In this document: positions 1-12,536 of the stretch, one piece after another
Layout: each line of letters starts with the position of its first letter
Numbering within the stretch: position 1 is the first letter of the stretch
Source of the DNA: Camelus dromedarius
Taxonomy: Eukaryota
Length of the DNA stretch: 64,000 bases
Assembly (NCBI RefSeq): GCF_036321535.1
Contig: NC_087437.1
Coordinates: 7,130,001 to 7,194,000 of the forward strand
Direction: 5' to 3'
Notes under the pieces: generated by a model
Seen by the model: the letters and a program-made list of their open reading frames with translations, nothing else
Databases searched by the model: none
What the model was told of the DNA's origin: nothing
Program-made: the position numbers and the translations under genes

Positions 1-442
1 CTGTATTTTCTCTTTTGCAGATAGATAATACCATTCTTAAATAATTCCAAGTGGTTTGAGCAAGTTGACCTCTTTGCTTTCTTTTGATGGTAGAATGTAG
101 AGACCAAAATAGATTATTTTTACATGCTCAGTTTGCTGTGCCTTTATGAATGTATATATATATATATTTATATTAAAAGCCAATATATATTTTAAAAGTG
201 ATTTTCAATCAGATAATACACACAAGAGATGCACCATTTGTATACTCCAACCCTGAGTGTTACCCTATTCCTGGCCACAGGAATGCACTGCTGACTATGA
301 GCTGAAGGCTTAGCTGAGATCCCCTCATCTCAAACGCCCAAATCTTTGATGTGTGAAAAGTCCAGTGCCTTCCTTTGGGGGCTTCAGTTGTCGGGCTTGT
401 GTCAGGTGTGGAATTCTTACTTCCCCTGAATCTGTTCATTTT

Positions 443-2516
443 AGATGTCCTTCAACAGGAGAATGGATAAACCAGATGCAGAGTATCCACAAAATGGAAT
501 ATTACTTAGCAACAAAAAGGAGCCCACTATTGATTCATGTAACAACATCACTTTAAATGCATTTTCTTCAATGAAAAAGACAAATACAGAAGTCTACATA
601 TTGTGTGATTCTATTTATACGGCATTCTAGAAAAGGAAAATTATAGAAATGGAAAGCAGACCGGCGGTGGGGGGAGTGGGGGAGGCACTGATTCAAAGGA
701 GCAGCACGAGGGAATTTGGAGGGTGATGTTCTGAATGGTATTGGGATGGTGGATGCATGATTCTATGCATTCGTCAAAATCCATAGAAATGAACATCACA
801 AAGAATGAATCTTACTTATGTAAATTGAAAGCAATAGGATGTCAGTGGACGCCAAGAAGGAATACAGACTGTGATAAATAAATGCATGATATAATTATTA
901 AAAGTGATGAGGAAAGAAAGGTGCTGACCCACGGAACTTCAGCAAACAGTATTTTAACTAGACGCTGTCAGCCTGGAGACCAAAACTGTAGACGCACTAT
1001 TTACCCTAGTTGATAAATGTGTCTCTTGTAAGGGTATGAGTTAGCGATCCTGAAACTACAATTGAACAAATGATACATATATTGCAGTAAACAAACGCCA
1101 GGTTTCTCACTGCTGGAAAAGAAGTTTACAAATAATTGGGGGAAACCTTGAATGAACCTTGTGGTCCCAGATGAGATTCAGAGGTACCAGTATGAACTCA
1201 TGTTTATTTTAATATGTACACAGTTAGAGATAAAAATGAGGATGCATCCATGTGTGTGTGTGTATTCACTGGTCAACATACATACATACATTCCCAGGGA
1301 GGGCCTTGTAGCAGTGACGCCCCTTTTTAACACCCAGAACTTGGTTTCTAAGTACCATTCTCCAATAAAAGGAATCAGATCTCCTTGAAGAAAAGGCTGA
1401 GGCAGGGAACATATAAGCTGAGACCAGAGCATCCTGTGGTTTCAAAAAGTAAAAAAGTGAGGAAAAAAAAGTCAAAAGGATACAGGAACGAGCAACTGTA
1501 AAGTTTTCCCAGTGGTCAAAGCTGTAACAATTTGAGCATCAAAAATAATATAGTATTGAATTATAGCCCGAAGAGTAAAATACACACTGATGAGTTCATA
1601 CTTAAAGAAATAAATAAAGGAGGTCACTTTTTGCTTTCAGAGAAATTCCAATGAATAAATACAGACAGAATGAGGGACATAGAAAATTACCACTAGGACA
1701 TTACAGTAAAAGTCGCTGCAGGTAAGATATAGCGATGAATGCTAAAATCAGTGGGCAAAAGTTTAAGAAGAAAGCTTTGCATCACCACAAATGATCCCTC
1801 CTCAAAACATGTATTAATTATACATATTTTGTGATTATACAGCCGTGAATTCTTTGATACCACAAGGTGGAGATCCTTTCTTCTCCCCTTCAGCAAGGGC
1901 CATACATAGTGACTCATTTCTACTTAATAGAGAGGAAAAGGGGAAAATAGTAACTAGACAGTGGAGAAACCTGGCAGCAAGCTTTCTTAGCCAAGTGATC
2001 ACAGTTAACATCACCAGTAACAAAGCCTGTTGGTACCACGTACCTTCTCGTGTCATGCCCCGAGGAGGCACCTCACCTCTGTGGTGCTCTTCCCTGAATT
2101 TCATCATCTCAGTCTGATCATGAGAAAACTTAAGACAAACCCAAATTTAGGGACAGTCTACACATTATCTGACCAGCATTTTTCGAAACGTCAGGGTCAT
2201 GAGAGACAATGATAAACTGAGGGAACGTCGCAGATTGGAGGAGATGAAGCAGACACGTCTGGTACAATGTGGATTCTGGATTGGACCCTGGAATGGAAGA
2301 AAGGACATTAGTGGAGAACTGGTGAAATCTGAATAAAGCCTGTCATTTAGTTAATGGTATTGTAGCAATGTTAATTTCTTACTTTAGATCATCAGACCGT
2401 GGTTCTGTAATAAGCTAATGTTAGGGGAAGCTGGGTGAGGCATATATAAGGCAACTCTGCACTCTGCACATCTTCTGTAAATACAAAATTATTTCCAAAA
2501 AATAGTTTTTTTTAAA
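443..2516 (+). mobile_element. Old LINE-1 3' end/3' UTR (L1MC-like)
   Basis: Begins with the L1 ORF2 C-terminal motif (agatgtccttcaacaggagaatggataaac...atggaatattacttagc). A long L1MC-type 3' UTR follows, ending ctgtaaatacaaaattatttccaaaaaatag. Confidence 0.8.
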
Positions 2517-2677
2517 GGAATTAATTTTTTTTGAAGTTTTGCACCTTTAGTATCATCTAATTGTCAGCTTTTTGCTTCTTGGTCCTCAGAAAAATCTTCA
2601 AAATGGCTACAATGGGTTATTTTATCTTTTTCCCAGAGAATATTGATCCTGCCCCGTGAATAATCTTAGCAGCAATG

Positions 2678-2905
2678 GTAATAATAATAATAGTTTACAT
2701 TTATTGAGTGCTTACTATATACCAGGCACGCTGCCAAATACTTTACATAGATATCCACTCATTTTGTACACCAAACCTAAAAGGATATTCTATCCAATTT
2801 TATAGATGTGGAAGCTGAGGTAAGGAGGTTATGCCCAAGGCTGTATGATTAGTAGATACAGAGCAAAGTAGGATTCAAACCACTTAAGAAGCCAGACTCC
2901 ACAAC
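2678..2905 (-). mobile_element. MIR SINE
   Basis: MIR core in reverse orientation: catttattgagtgcttactatataccaggcac...tttatagatgtggaagctgagg...ggattcaaacc. Confidence 0.85.
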
Positions 2906-4084
2906 CAATGCTAATTATGATAATAATTCGAGTAATTAATATGTGCTTAGCATCGAGTAATTTGTTAAGAGCGCTGTTTCATTGAGCTGCCTGTGGGGTA
3001 GCCATTCTTATTGTCTTGTTCCACTGATGGGGAGGCTGACCCCTGGGAAGTAAGCACCTTGCTGGGCTCCAGACCCAGCCAGCCTGAGTCTCCCCTCTTC
3101 ATCCCAAGTATGCTTTGCTATCTTTGCAAAGATGTGTTTCTTTTCCTCCCTCGACTGCTGAACTCAGCTTCTACACCATACTTTTTTTTTTTAAATGATA
3201 AAATTGTGTTCTGATGTTCACCCTGATTTCAAATTGCTTTAAAATCAAAGTGATTTAAAACTGTCCCTTGTAAGTGGCCCAGGATGCAGCTGTGGGAGCA
3301 CCACTGGGTCCCTGGATATCACAGTAAGTATCTCACATCACACCATCTAAAAACTCCCTACCTAACAGCCTGTATTGCAGGCAGTTTTTATCACAATAAA
3401 CAGGGGGCACTCTGTGTCTCACAGAGCCTCCCGTTCCAATACCAAGAAACAAATCCATCCAGCAGAGCAGCTTTCTTCCTACTTCCACACCTAAAGCGAG
3501 CCCTGGGGTGAAGGCACCCTCTGACACTCTCTCGAAAAGAACAGACGAGACAGAATGGCAGGAGGACACATTCAGATGACATTTGAGAGTTAACCGGCAG
3601 AGGAACTCCTGAGGCGGTCGGGTAAGATCAGATTTTCTCTGTTGCCTATTTCCTTTCAATTTTACCACTTTCCAAAGTTAATTCCTTGAACTCAGGGGGC
3701 CCTTTTGTGCAGGAAGAGGATATTCTACTTACACTAAGGCTGTCCTTGATTGAGCTACACTTACTGGGAGTCCTTCATCTTCATCTCCATAGGGGTGGCT
3801 GCTCACTGCCAAGTGTAGAAAAACAATGGTACCATGTAACTCGGCAACCAGGGACCATGAGGCCAAGGACACTGAAGGATGGATGATGAAATGAGACCAG
3901 AGGGCAAAGCATCATGGGTATGGGAAACAGAATGTACTTGAGAGCAGAGCAGTTTGCTATTGTTCACAGCTCGAGCTGGATGAGAGCCTTTTCGTTCCAA
4001 TTTCTTATATAATACCCTCCATTTATGAGTAGATAGAAGGAGAATGTTTAGGTGGAGGCAACCACATATAGCAGAAATCTCTGT

Positions 4085-4320
4085 TTAGTCATTTAACAAA
4101 TATTTACTAAACACTCACCATGTCCTGGGCATTTTGCCAGATACAGAAGTAGAAAGGATTATAAGACACAGTTTCTGAATTTGAGGCACTCATAGCCTAG
4201 TGGGGAACACGGACTTGTAAACAAACTATTGCAATCTAGTGTGATACATCCTGGTATAAATGTCAGTGTCAACTTATAAAAAGAACCCAAAGAGGATGGG
4301 ATGTTCTGTTTGGGAGGGCT
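4085..4320 (-). mobile_element. LINE-2 3' fragment
   Basis: Typical antisense L2 3' end: catttaacaaatatttactaaacactcaccatgtcctgggc...ctcatagcctagtgggga. Confidence 0.7.
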
Positions 4321-5118
4321 CAAGATTTTCTATAAAGATTTTTTGTTGTTGTTTCCTTGGAAATAAAATAGTGACTAGTGTTCAACAACGTTTGGTAGGA
4401 TAGATTTACGGAGATCTGCAAGGATGGTGCCATCTATTGTCAGGCATAAAATTAATTTGAAGTTCAATTAATTTCATCTTCACTGCTTATTTTTGGCTTC
4501 TCAACATAATCCATTCAGCTCCCTTGCACCATTAGCCTCCTAGACAGGAAAAGGCCTCCTGATCTATTCCTACCTCATTTTTCTGGGTTTGCCCCCAAAT
4601 GGCTCCATTATGTTTCCACTTACACCAAAATGCCCATAGTCCTCAAATGTCTTTCTTTGTGTGCCATCTCTGATCTTTTGTACATACTAATTCTTCTACC
4701 TGGACAAATGCCTAACCAAATCCAATCCATTCTTTTAAGGGTCCACCCAATATTGCCCCTTCTAAGAGCAGTGTATCTGGAAATAAAGTCTTCCTCTTTG
4801 AATATTTGGAGTGCAATGCTTTGGTCTCCCCTATCTCACTTATTACACATTTAGGTTGCAGGTATTTTTGTCTTTAAATTATCCATGATTTCAAACTAGG
4901 TCCCATGTGACTTTTTTAAGAGCTAGCACACTGGCTGGGACACTAATGGATTCAGCACATTTGGCAAATAAATGTACTAGTGGAAAGAGATGATAATTTG
5001 TTAGAAAACTTCAAAACTTTGTTAGACCAACTGTGAGCAAGTCAAAAATGCTCTATAAAGAGACAAGATACGTTCCAGAATTACCCAACAAAGAAAGGCG
5101 AGCGAAGATGTGAGTACT

Positions 5119-5273
5119 CAGGACCAGCCGGCGTCCTGGGTGTGTCATCACAGAGTGCTCCACGGGTGGCTTAATGCTCTTCTGTCGCCATCTTGAATTC
5201 TTAATAACTTTCTAACAAGAGGCCATACATTTTCAGTTTGCTCTGGCTTCTGAAAATTATGTATCTGGTCTTG
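5119..5273 (+). mobile_element. hAT-Tip100 MITE (MER45A-like)
   Basis: Termini are caggaccagc...atctggtcttg. The interior ttaatgctcttctgtcgccatcttgaattcttaataac...aaattatgtatctggtc resembles MER45A. Confidence 0.75.
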
Positions 5274-5505
5274 GATCCAGTTTAAGAAACAGTTTCAAGA
5301 TTCAGAAGAGTTAGTAAGAACCTTTACATACTAGCCCTTGTTTATAACCTGGAGGTTAACAATTGAAAAAGCCAAGATGGTCTGCATCATGTCCCTGCAG
5401 AGGTCACTGGATGCTATTTTCTCTGTGTTTTGGGTCTTTTCTCCACCCTCAAGAACAGTTATGCCTTTTGTTAAATGATGGGGGTGGTAAGTGGATGTAA
5501 GGTGG

Positions 5506-6345
5506 TATATTGGCTTGCTAGGGTTGCTCTAGCAGAATACAGGCACACCTCGTTTCATTGGGGTTCACTTTATTGCTCCTTTCAGATACACATTTTTTAT
5601 AAATTGAAGGTTTGTGGCAACTCTGCATTGGACAAGTCTACTGGTGTCATTTTCCCAACAGCATTTTGTCATTTCATGTCACTGTCTCATACTATTTCAT
5701 ACTTTTTCATTGCTATTATATTTCTTATGGCAATCTGTGATCTGTGATCTTTAATGTCACTACTGCAAAGAGATTGTGACTCACGGAAGGTTCAGATGAG
5801 GGTTAGCATTTATTTAGTAATAAATTTTTTTTAAATTAAGGTATGCAAATATTTTAAAGATAGAATGTTATATGCATTATATAAACTTAACAGTATAGTG
5901 TAAACACAGCTTTTATATGCTGTGTTTTCAGAGAAATTGGTGTTAACTTGCTTTATTGCAGTGGTCTGGAACTCAGCTGCAGTATATCTGAGGTCTGCCT
6001 GCACCATAGTTCTGGAGGCTGAATGCCCAAGGTCAAGGCAGGGTTGGTTCCTTCTGAGGGCTGTGAGGGAAAATTTGTCCCATGTTTCTCTCCTAGGTCC
6101 TAACAGCCTTAACCTTCCTTGGCTTGTAGATGGTGTGTCCCTCTTTCTTTACATCTGTCTGTGTGTCTGTGTCTGACTTTCCCCTTCTTGTAAGAATACC
6201 AGTCATACTGGATTAGGGTCCCCTAGACTTTAACTTGATCACTTCTGTAAATACCCAATTTCCAAATAAGATCATTCTGAGACACTAGAGGTTGGACTTA
6301 TACATTTTTGGGGGTGCGGGTGGGGGGACAAGTCAACCAATAATA
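5506..6345 (-). mobile_element. MaLR solo LTR (MLT1B/C-like), interrupted by Tigger1
   Basis: ttgctagggttgctctagcagaata[insert]ccatagttctggaggctg...gggttggttccttctgagggctgtgaggga...gggggacaagtcaaccaataata. Confidence 0.8.
5540..6001 (+). mobile_element. Internally deleted Tigger1 DNA transposon (TcMar-Tigger; Tigger1a_Art-like)
   Basis: Terminal inverted repeats caggcacacctc / gaggtctgcctg, inserted at TA (5538-5539). Tigger1 left and right arms are joined with no transposase. Confidence 0.85.
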
Positions 6346-6802
6346 GATGGATCTATGTCATACAGAATTGTTTTTATATTAAATTCTTTTTGGCACAAGG
6401 TTGGATAAGACTGAATGGAATCTCTCATTTCTCGGTGGTATTCTAAAGGGACCACGACTTCTCTACTCCTTTCCCTTAGAATCTTACATTCTCTCAGCAT
6501 GCACAAGGTGTCATTAGGATTCTAAGAGATAACTTAGCCCTCGGGTTGACCCCTGGTTCTTATGGTTTCGCGTAGGAGGCACAGCTTTCTAGACCAGCAG
6601 TGGACCCTAAAGGTAACCCAATACCTTTGTTTCGCTAACGAAGAAATCCAAGTCCAAGAGGTTAAAATAATTTGCTGCAGAGCACTGAGCTAATTAAAGG
6701 CAGAAGTGGAATCAAAGCCATGCCATTTAACTCTGAACATGGGAGCTTTTAAGTATATCACTGTTTTCATATATACAAATACGTACCCTGAAATCTTTAG
6801 GT

Positions 6803-6902
6803 GGTGGGGAGGAGGGCAGAGCTCAGTGGTAGAGTGCATGCTTAGCATGCATGAGGCCTTGGGTTTAATCCCTGGTACCTCCACTAAAACTTAAAAAAAA
6901 AA
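6803..6902 (+). mobile_element. tRNA-Ala(AGC)-derived SINE (camelid vic-1-like), short form
   Basis: gctcagtggtagagtgcatgcttagcatgcatgagg...cctggtacctcca followed by an A tail. TSD aaatctttaggt (6791-6802) / aaacctttaggt (6903-6914). Confidence 0.9.
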
Positions 6903-6962
6903 AAACCTTTAGGTAGAAAAGTTTTCAGATACACACTGCTTGTGTTTCCTTACTAAGGCTTG

Positions 6963-7581
6963 CAGCAAAGGTTGTAAATGCTCACACTCACAGGAGCAAT
7001 GCAGATCGTGGAGATGAATCAGCCAGGTTGGGTGTAACAGGCGGTTGTGAAAAACTGAGGAACACACAGGCTCTTTCTATAAAAGGTAGGGGGGAGGGTG
7101 CTGCCCTGTGGAATTACGTGCTCACTTCCCCAGATCTTCTGTTATTTAAAGGAAGCCTAAGAATCTGGATTTTATTTAGAATTTTTCAACTTTTCAGTGG
7201 GGGAAAAATATATATATATATATAGCATATATAAAAGGGTTAGGGTTATATATATTATATAAAAATATATAAAAACATTATATTTTTTATATTAAAAAAT
7301 ATATATATAATGTTAAGAAGCATTGTATAAGCCAAATAAAATCTGTCAGAGGGCCTGGACAGTTAATATATATAATATTGATATATATATAAACATTATT
7401 TATATAAAGCATTATATATAATTAATATATAAACACAATATTTTATATGTAATATATCATATTATATATAAACATTATTTATATAAAAACCTTTTTATAT
7501 AAAAATATGTATAAAATGTTAAGAAGCATTGTGTAAGCCGAATAAAATCTGTCAGAGAGCCTGGCCAGCTGTAAGCTTCTG
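6963..7581 (+). mobile_element. hAT-Charlie MITE (MER102-like) with AT-rich expansion and internal duplication
   Basis: ccagatcttctgttatttaaaggaagcctaagaatctggatttt and the 3' part aagccgaataaaatctgtcagagagcctggccagctgtaagcttctg resemble MER102. (TA)-rich filler occupies 7208-7514. Confidence 0.6.
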
Positions 7582-8874
7582 AGTCATGCTTTTACTCCTT
7601 TCTTACTCATCTAATAATTCCTTTGCTCACTGGATGTTGCTAGATTTAAGAGCACAAAGCCATCCTCAGAAACAAATGGACTCACCTTTGGCAACGCACA
7701 CTCAAGGCTTCCTGTGGGATGTCCCCAAGCTCTCCTTCACGGCTTTGCATACCCTGAGAACGTGGGTCTTTGTAAAGAGTAACAAAGTTTGTATGATGAG
7801 TAGCCACTGGGACGGAATGATTTGTTGTCTTCATGTTTGAATTTCACAGACCATCGGAAGAACTTTGTGAGAAGGACATCTATTTCTCGGTTTGGGTGAC
7901 GGTTCAAGACTTCAGCTTCTTGAGGGTGAATTTCCGGTTTCAAACATTTTCCAGCAGGGGGGCCATCTAAGGCTTAGTGTGGTACTGTTTGTCCAGGTGG
8001 TTTATCGTAAAATAGTGCCAACAATGAGCTCAAACCTCATGTACTTAACCTCCTCTTAGTTCTCCAGGGCAAGGTGAAATTTGGGGGGTTTCATCTCTAA
8101 TTTTACCGCTGGAGATGGAGTGAAGAAAATCTGTGTCCTCCTTTAAAGAGCAAGTCGCTCACTCACCACCTGCACAAAAAGCCTGCCAGGTTTACATCAT
8201 TCAGTGACCCCTTTGCCTCTCCTGGATTTTTCACCTGTGTGAAGCGACCTTCCTTGGTTTGTCTGCAAGTACTATTCCGACGATGCTGCGGGGGGGGTAT
8301 TTTCCATAGTGGAAAAAACGACTTTGGAGCTTTGAAGCTCTTGAGCTAAGGTGGCATTCTTCAGACAATGTACACTGTATTCTTTCCCTTTCTTTCTTCT
8401 CCCCTGTCAGGCACGCAGGCACTCTGGTGGCATTTTTCATTCCGCACTGTGCAGAAATTGTGTGGAAGACAATAGGCTTGTTTCTAATTTGGTGTTTCCA
8501 AAAGCTTGGCAAAATAGAAATAAGTCTGTATTCAAAGTTGAAAAAGAGCATGTAAATAGCAATAACTGAAATTTGTGATTAAACAATTAACAAAAAAGAA
8601 CCTTATGAAGTCATTAAAAAGTATAAAGAAGGAGGCACTTCCTGCTTGATCATTACTGGGTTTGAACTGTGATTATTGAACACTGAGCACCAGCCACGTG
8701 GGAGACAGCCTGTGAGCTGCGGAGTGGGAAACAGTCCTTCCTAGTGGCATTCTCATCAGCGTTTCTTCCCGGCAAGAAAACCTGAAAAAGTTTTAGGTAG
8801 CACTCTGTAGAGATATAGGAACAAGGAAAGGGACCCTAGACACCATGACTACTGGGGACCAAGGTAAAAGGAGT

Positions 8875-9060
8875 ATCAGCTTTGGAGCAAAACAGACAGA
8901 CTTGAGTGTGAATCTGGTCTCCCCTCTCCTTATCTCTGGGACCTGGGGCAAGTCATTTAATTTCTCTCAACCTTAGTTTCTTCATCTATAAAATGGGAGT
9001 CTCATTACATCTCTCACAGAAACGTCATCATCACTGATGATGCTCTAAGTAAAACCAAAG
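8875..9060 (+). mobile_element. MIR SINE
   Basis: gctttggagc...gacctggggcaagtcatttaatttctctcaaccttagtttcttcatctataaaatggg. Confidence 0.85.
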
Positions 9061-10064
9061 AACATCTGAAATCCTCAGGGAAAGCTCGCCATCTTCTTCA
9101 CGATTATTGCTACTCACCGTCTTCATCCCTAACTGTCTCATTGTCTTAACATTGATTAATTCTAAGGATATTTAAATGTCATAAAGAATTCGAGAAAGAG
9201 GAATTTAAAGGGATCAGGGAAAAGTGTACCAGTCAACTAGGATTATGTTATTTCATTTGGCACAAAGCCAAGGAAATGTTCAGCTGTCAGTTAAAAATGT
9301 AACACCTGCCTTTCCCCTCTCTTTAATACATTCTTTAACGTAGCGTGGTGGAAGACATCCAGCTAGACTCAGAGCATGCCTTTTAATTTGCAGTTTTGAG
9401 CATCCAGATTCCAGAAGGAAGCCAAGTTTTGGACCCATAAACAGTGAAGGAATTTGGAGGCTTGCGCCCACCGTGTTTAAAGGGAACAGTCCCGTAGACA
9501 AACGCATTTGTAATATAGTTTGCTCGAGATTTATCTCTGCTCATAGAGAGTGACATTTTCCCCCATGAATAGTAACAGATGCAAGTAGAAAATTGTGTAA
9601 GAAGGGCTTAGGAGAGATAAGGATATCTTCACTTGTGAGAGATGAAATTCGTGAGGGGAGAGCTGAGAACAAAAACTGTCTTCCACAGTGGGGAAGGTAT
9701 TTATTTGATGACCTAATGCAAATACTATACACTTTTGAAAGTGCTTGATATTACAGGTATCATTTTCTAGTGTGCACGCCTCTCAGCACATTTGCTATTT
9801 TATTTTCATACACACAATCGGCACTAGAAGTGGAGAGCGTTCTGGATAAGGAATTATACAAACATGGAAGATGTAGGTGCCCCATAGAGGGGCTGGCCTG
9901 CCCATGCCTGCCAAAGGAATACAGCAGGCAGTGCAGGGGAGTTCAAACAGGCAAGAACGCTGGATGTGGCCACTTCTTACAAATAGATGTAATTTTTAAA
10001 AAGAATTTAAAATGTCCAGTACAGTGTTTGGAACATAGGAGACACTTAATAGTTGGAAATTAGT

Positions 10065-10246
10065 GGGGACAGTGTAGCTCAGTAGTAGAGTGCCAGCTTA
10101 GCATGCACGAGGTCCTGGGTTCTATCCCCAGTACCTCCATTTAATTAAAAAAAATAAGTGAATCAATCAATCAATCAATCAACCAACCAACCAACCAACC
10201 AATCCTAATCCCCCCCAAAATAAAACAAAAACAAAAATTTTAAAAA
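10065..10246 (+). mobile_element. tRNA-Ala-derived SINE (vic-1-like), long form with (TCAA)n(CCAA)n microsatellite
   Basis: tagctcagtagtagagtgccagcttagcatgcacgaggtcctgggttctatccccagtacctcca, then an A-rich tail containing cctaatcccccc. Confidence 0.9.
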
Positions 10247-10684
10247 AGTTGAAAACTCATTTTTATTACTCTCTTTTCTTTCAGGAAGTATGACATTATT
10301 GTTGGCTAAAGGAGCATTAGAGACTATTTACTGAGCACCTATTATGGCCCATGAATCTCCTAAAGAAAATCCTTTTTGCTTGCATCAGAGCACTTAAATT
10401 TTTTCCTTTTTCCTTTTTTTCCTGGATATTTATCTTCCTTGGGTTCCTGGGATAGACTTCTCTAAAGCTGGCCACCCTAAGGGGGGTTTTCAGATTTCTC
10501 CTGTGGCCCTCATCAGTTACTTCGAGCGGCCAAAAGTCTAGCTGGGGTGAGACTTGGCCTTTGTGTGTTCCCTTCCCAATAGCTGTTCCTTTCAACTCCC
10601 TTTTGTGTACAACTTTGCTTTCTAACTGTTCCTCTTCATCTTTCTTGATAAAAGCTAGATTGGCCAACAATGGGGTGTCGCCCA

Positions 10685-10758
10685 AGGAATCTGCTTTTTT
10701 AACAAGCTCCCAGGTGGTGCCAAGGTTGCTGGTTCATAGACCACACTTTGAATAGAAG
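10685..10758. mobile_element. MER5-type hAT-Charlie fragment
   Basis: aatctgctttttttaacaagctcccaggtggtgccaaggttgctggttcatagaccacactttgaatag. Confidence 0.65.
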
Positions 10759-11119
10759 AAATCAGGAGACTCTCCTAATAGGATATCTATTCAAATCATA
10801 CATTCTTCAGATTGTATGGCTCAGAGGAATAATCAGAGGTTTTGGCAAATATTGAGCCCTTGTTGTTTGCAGCACGAATGATAACATGGTCATCTAAAGT
10901 ACATATAGATGGAAAACTATATATAGGTTAAAGTCCTTTTGAGTAGGTGAAAGCTTTAAGTTACTCTTTTTTTGTTGACTTTCCTCAATTATTGTCCAAA
11001 ATATAAGTTTAAGACAACGACAAAAACAAAGTTTTATAACTCAGCCATCAGTTGTTACAAATAGATTTTCTATCCCAGGCTTATGAACCATGTTTAATGC
11101 ACAACCTATTGGGCTAGTA

Positions 11120-11950
11120 TTTTTTTAAATTGAATTATAGTCAGTTTACAATGTTGTGTCAATTTCTCATGCACAGCATCATGTTTCAGTCATACATGTG
11201 CATACATATATTCATTTTCATATTCTTTTTCATTATAGGTTACTATAAGATTTTAAATATAGTTCCCTGTACTATACAGTATAAACTTGTTGTTTACCTA
11301 TTTTATACATAGAGGTTGGCATCTGTAAATCTCAAACTCCCAATTCATCCCTTCCCATCCCCTTTACCCCCTGGTAACCATAAGATTTTTTTCTACATCT
11401 GAGTCTGTTTCTGTTTTGTAAATAAGTTAATTTGTGTCTTTTTTTAAGATTCCACATATGAGTGATATCATATGGTATTTTTCTTTCTCTTTCTGTCTTA
11501 CTTCACTTACAATAATGATCTCCAGGTCCATCCATGTTGCAGCAAATGGCATTATTTTATTTTGTTTTTTTTATGGCTGAGTAGTATTCTATTGTATAAA
11601 TACACCACAACTTCTTTATCCAGTCATCTGTCGATGGACTTTTAGGTTGTTTCCATGTCTTGGCTATTGTAAATAGTGCTGCTGTGAACATTGGGGTGAA
11701 TCTATTTTTTTGAATTAGAGTTCCCTCTAGATATATGTCCAGGAATGGGATTGCTGGATCATATGGTAAGTCTATTTTTGGTTTTTTAAGTTTTCCATAG
11801 TGGCTGCACCAAACTACATTCCCACCAATGGTGTAGGAGGGTTCTCTTTTCTCCACACCCTCTCCAGCGTGGACTTTTGAATGTTGGCCATTCTGACAGG
11901 TGTGAGGTAATACCTCATTGTAGTTTTGATTTGCATTTCTCTGATAATTA
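11120..11950 (-). mobile_element. Young 5'-truncated LINE-1 (3' UTR + ORF2 C-terminus)
   Basis: T tail plus ttgaattatagtcagtttacaatgttgtgtc. ORF 11557-11856 ([14 protein letters not shown]...TWKQPKSPSTDDWIKKLW) is the L1 ORF2 C-terminus. Confidence 0.95.
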
Positions 11951-12412
11951 TTAATGAATTCTTTTCCTTGTCTGATCAGTGCATTTCAGGAGTGAGCACA
12001 GTTGTTTATTTTGGAGACTGAGGAATGTGTTTGTAGGTCTGATGAAGAACTAGAAGCTCTTCACCCTCAAAGGATGTCTGTACCCATTTTGTAGAGAATT
12101 GTACAGGAGTGTATTATTGTGGGATGGGTAATGGTGGTCTCCTTCCACACTTGGCAATTTCATAGCAACAGTACAGCTGCGTACTATGGGAAACCACCCA
12201 AATACTTGGCAGAAGTAGAATACCAGTGTTTCACTTCTAATTAAACTTGTTGATTTTATTTTTTTCTTTGTGTGTGTATGGCCTTAGTTCAGGTTTGAGT
12301 TCATTCTGTGATACAAAGACTGAAGGCATGCAAAATATAAAGTATGCAAAGAAAATCTATTTTTAATGTTCTGGACTCATTTTTTCCCCCTGAATTTTCT
12401 TACCTTCTTTTT

Positions 12413-12536
12413 GAGGGGGTTGGGGCAGGGGGAGGTAATTTATTTTATTTATTTTTAGAGGAGGTACTAGGGATTGAACCCAGGACCTTGTGCAAGCTAA
12501 GCATGCGTTCTACCACTTGAGTTCTACCCTTCCTCT
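12413..12536 (-). mobile_element. tRNA-Ala-derived SINE (vic-1-like)
   Basis: ggaggtactagggattgaacccaggaccttgtgcaagctaagcatgcgttctaccacttgag. TSD-like cttaccttcttttt / cttccttcttttt. Confidence 0.9.

Noticed and set aside
1..120. Splice acceptor-like ttttctcttttgcag at 6-20
   Set aside because: It is followed by stop codons and has no convincing donor, so an exon cannot be supported from sequence alone.
6803..6885. tRNA-Ala(AGC) genes (this and the similar copies)
   Set aside because: All have A-rich tails, TSD-like flanks and stem-breaking substitutions, so they are SINE copies, not tRNA genes.
7237..7248. gggttagggtta as an interstitial telomere
   Set aside because: Only two units, within a slippage-prone AT-rich patch.
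7951..7964. CTCF-like ccagcaggggggcc
   Set aside because: It has one G too many relative to the CCAGCAGGGGGCGC core and lacks the 3' GC, so the match is weak.
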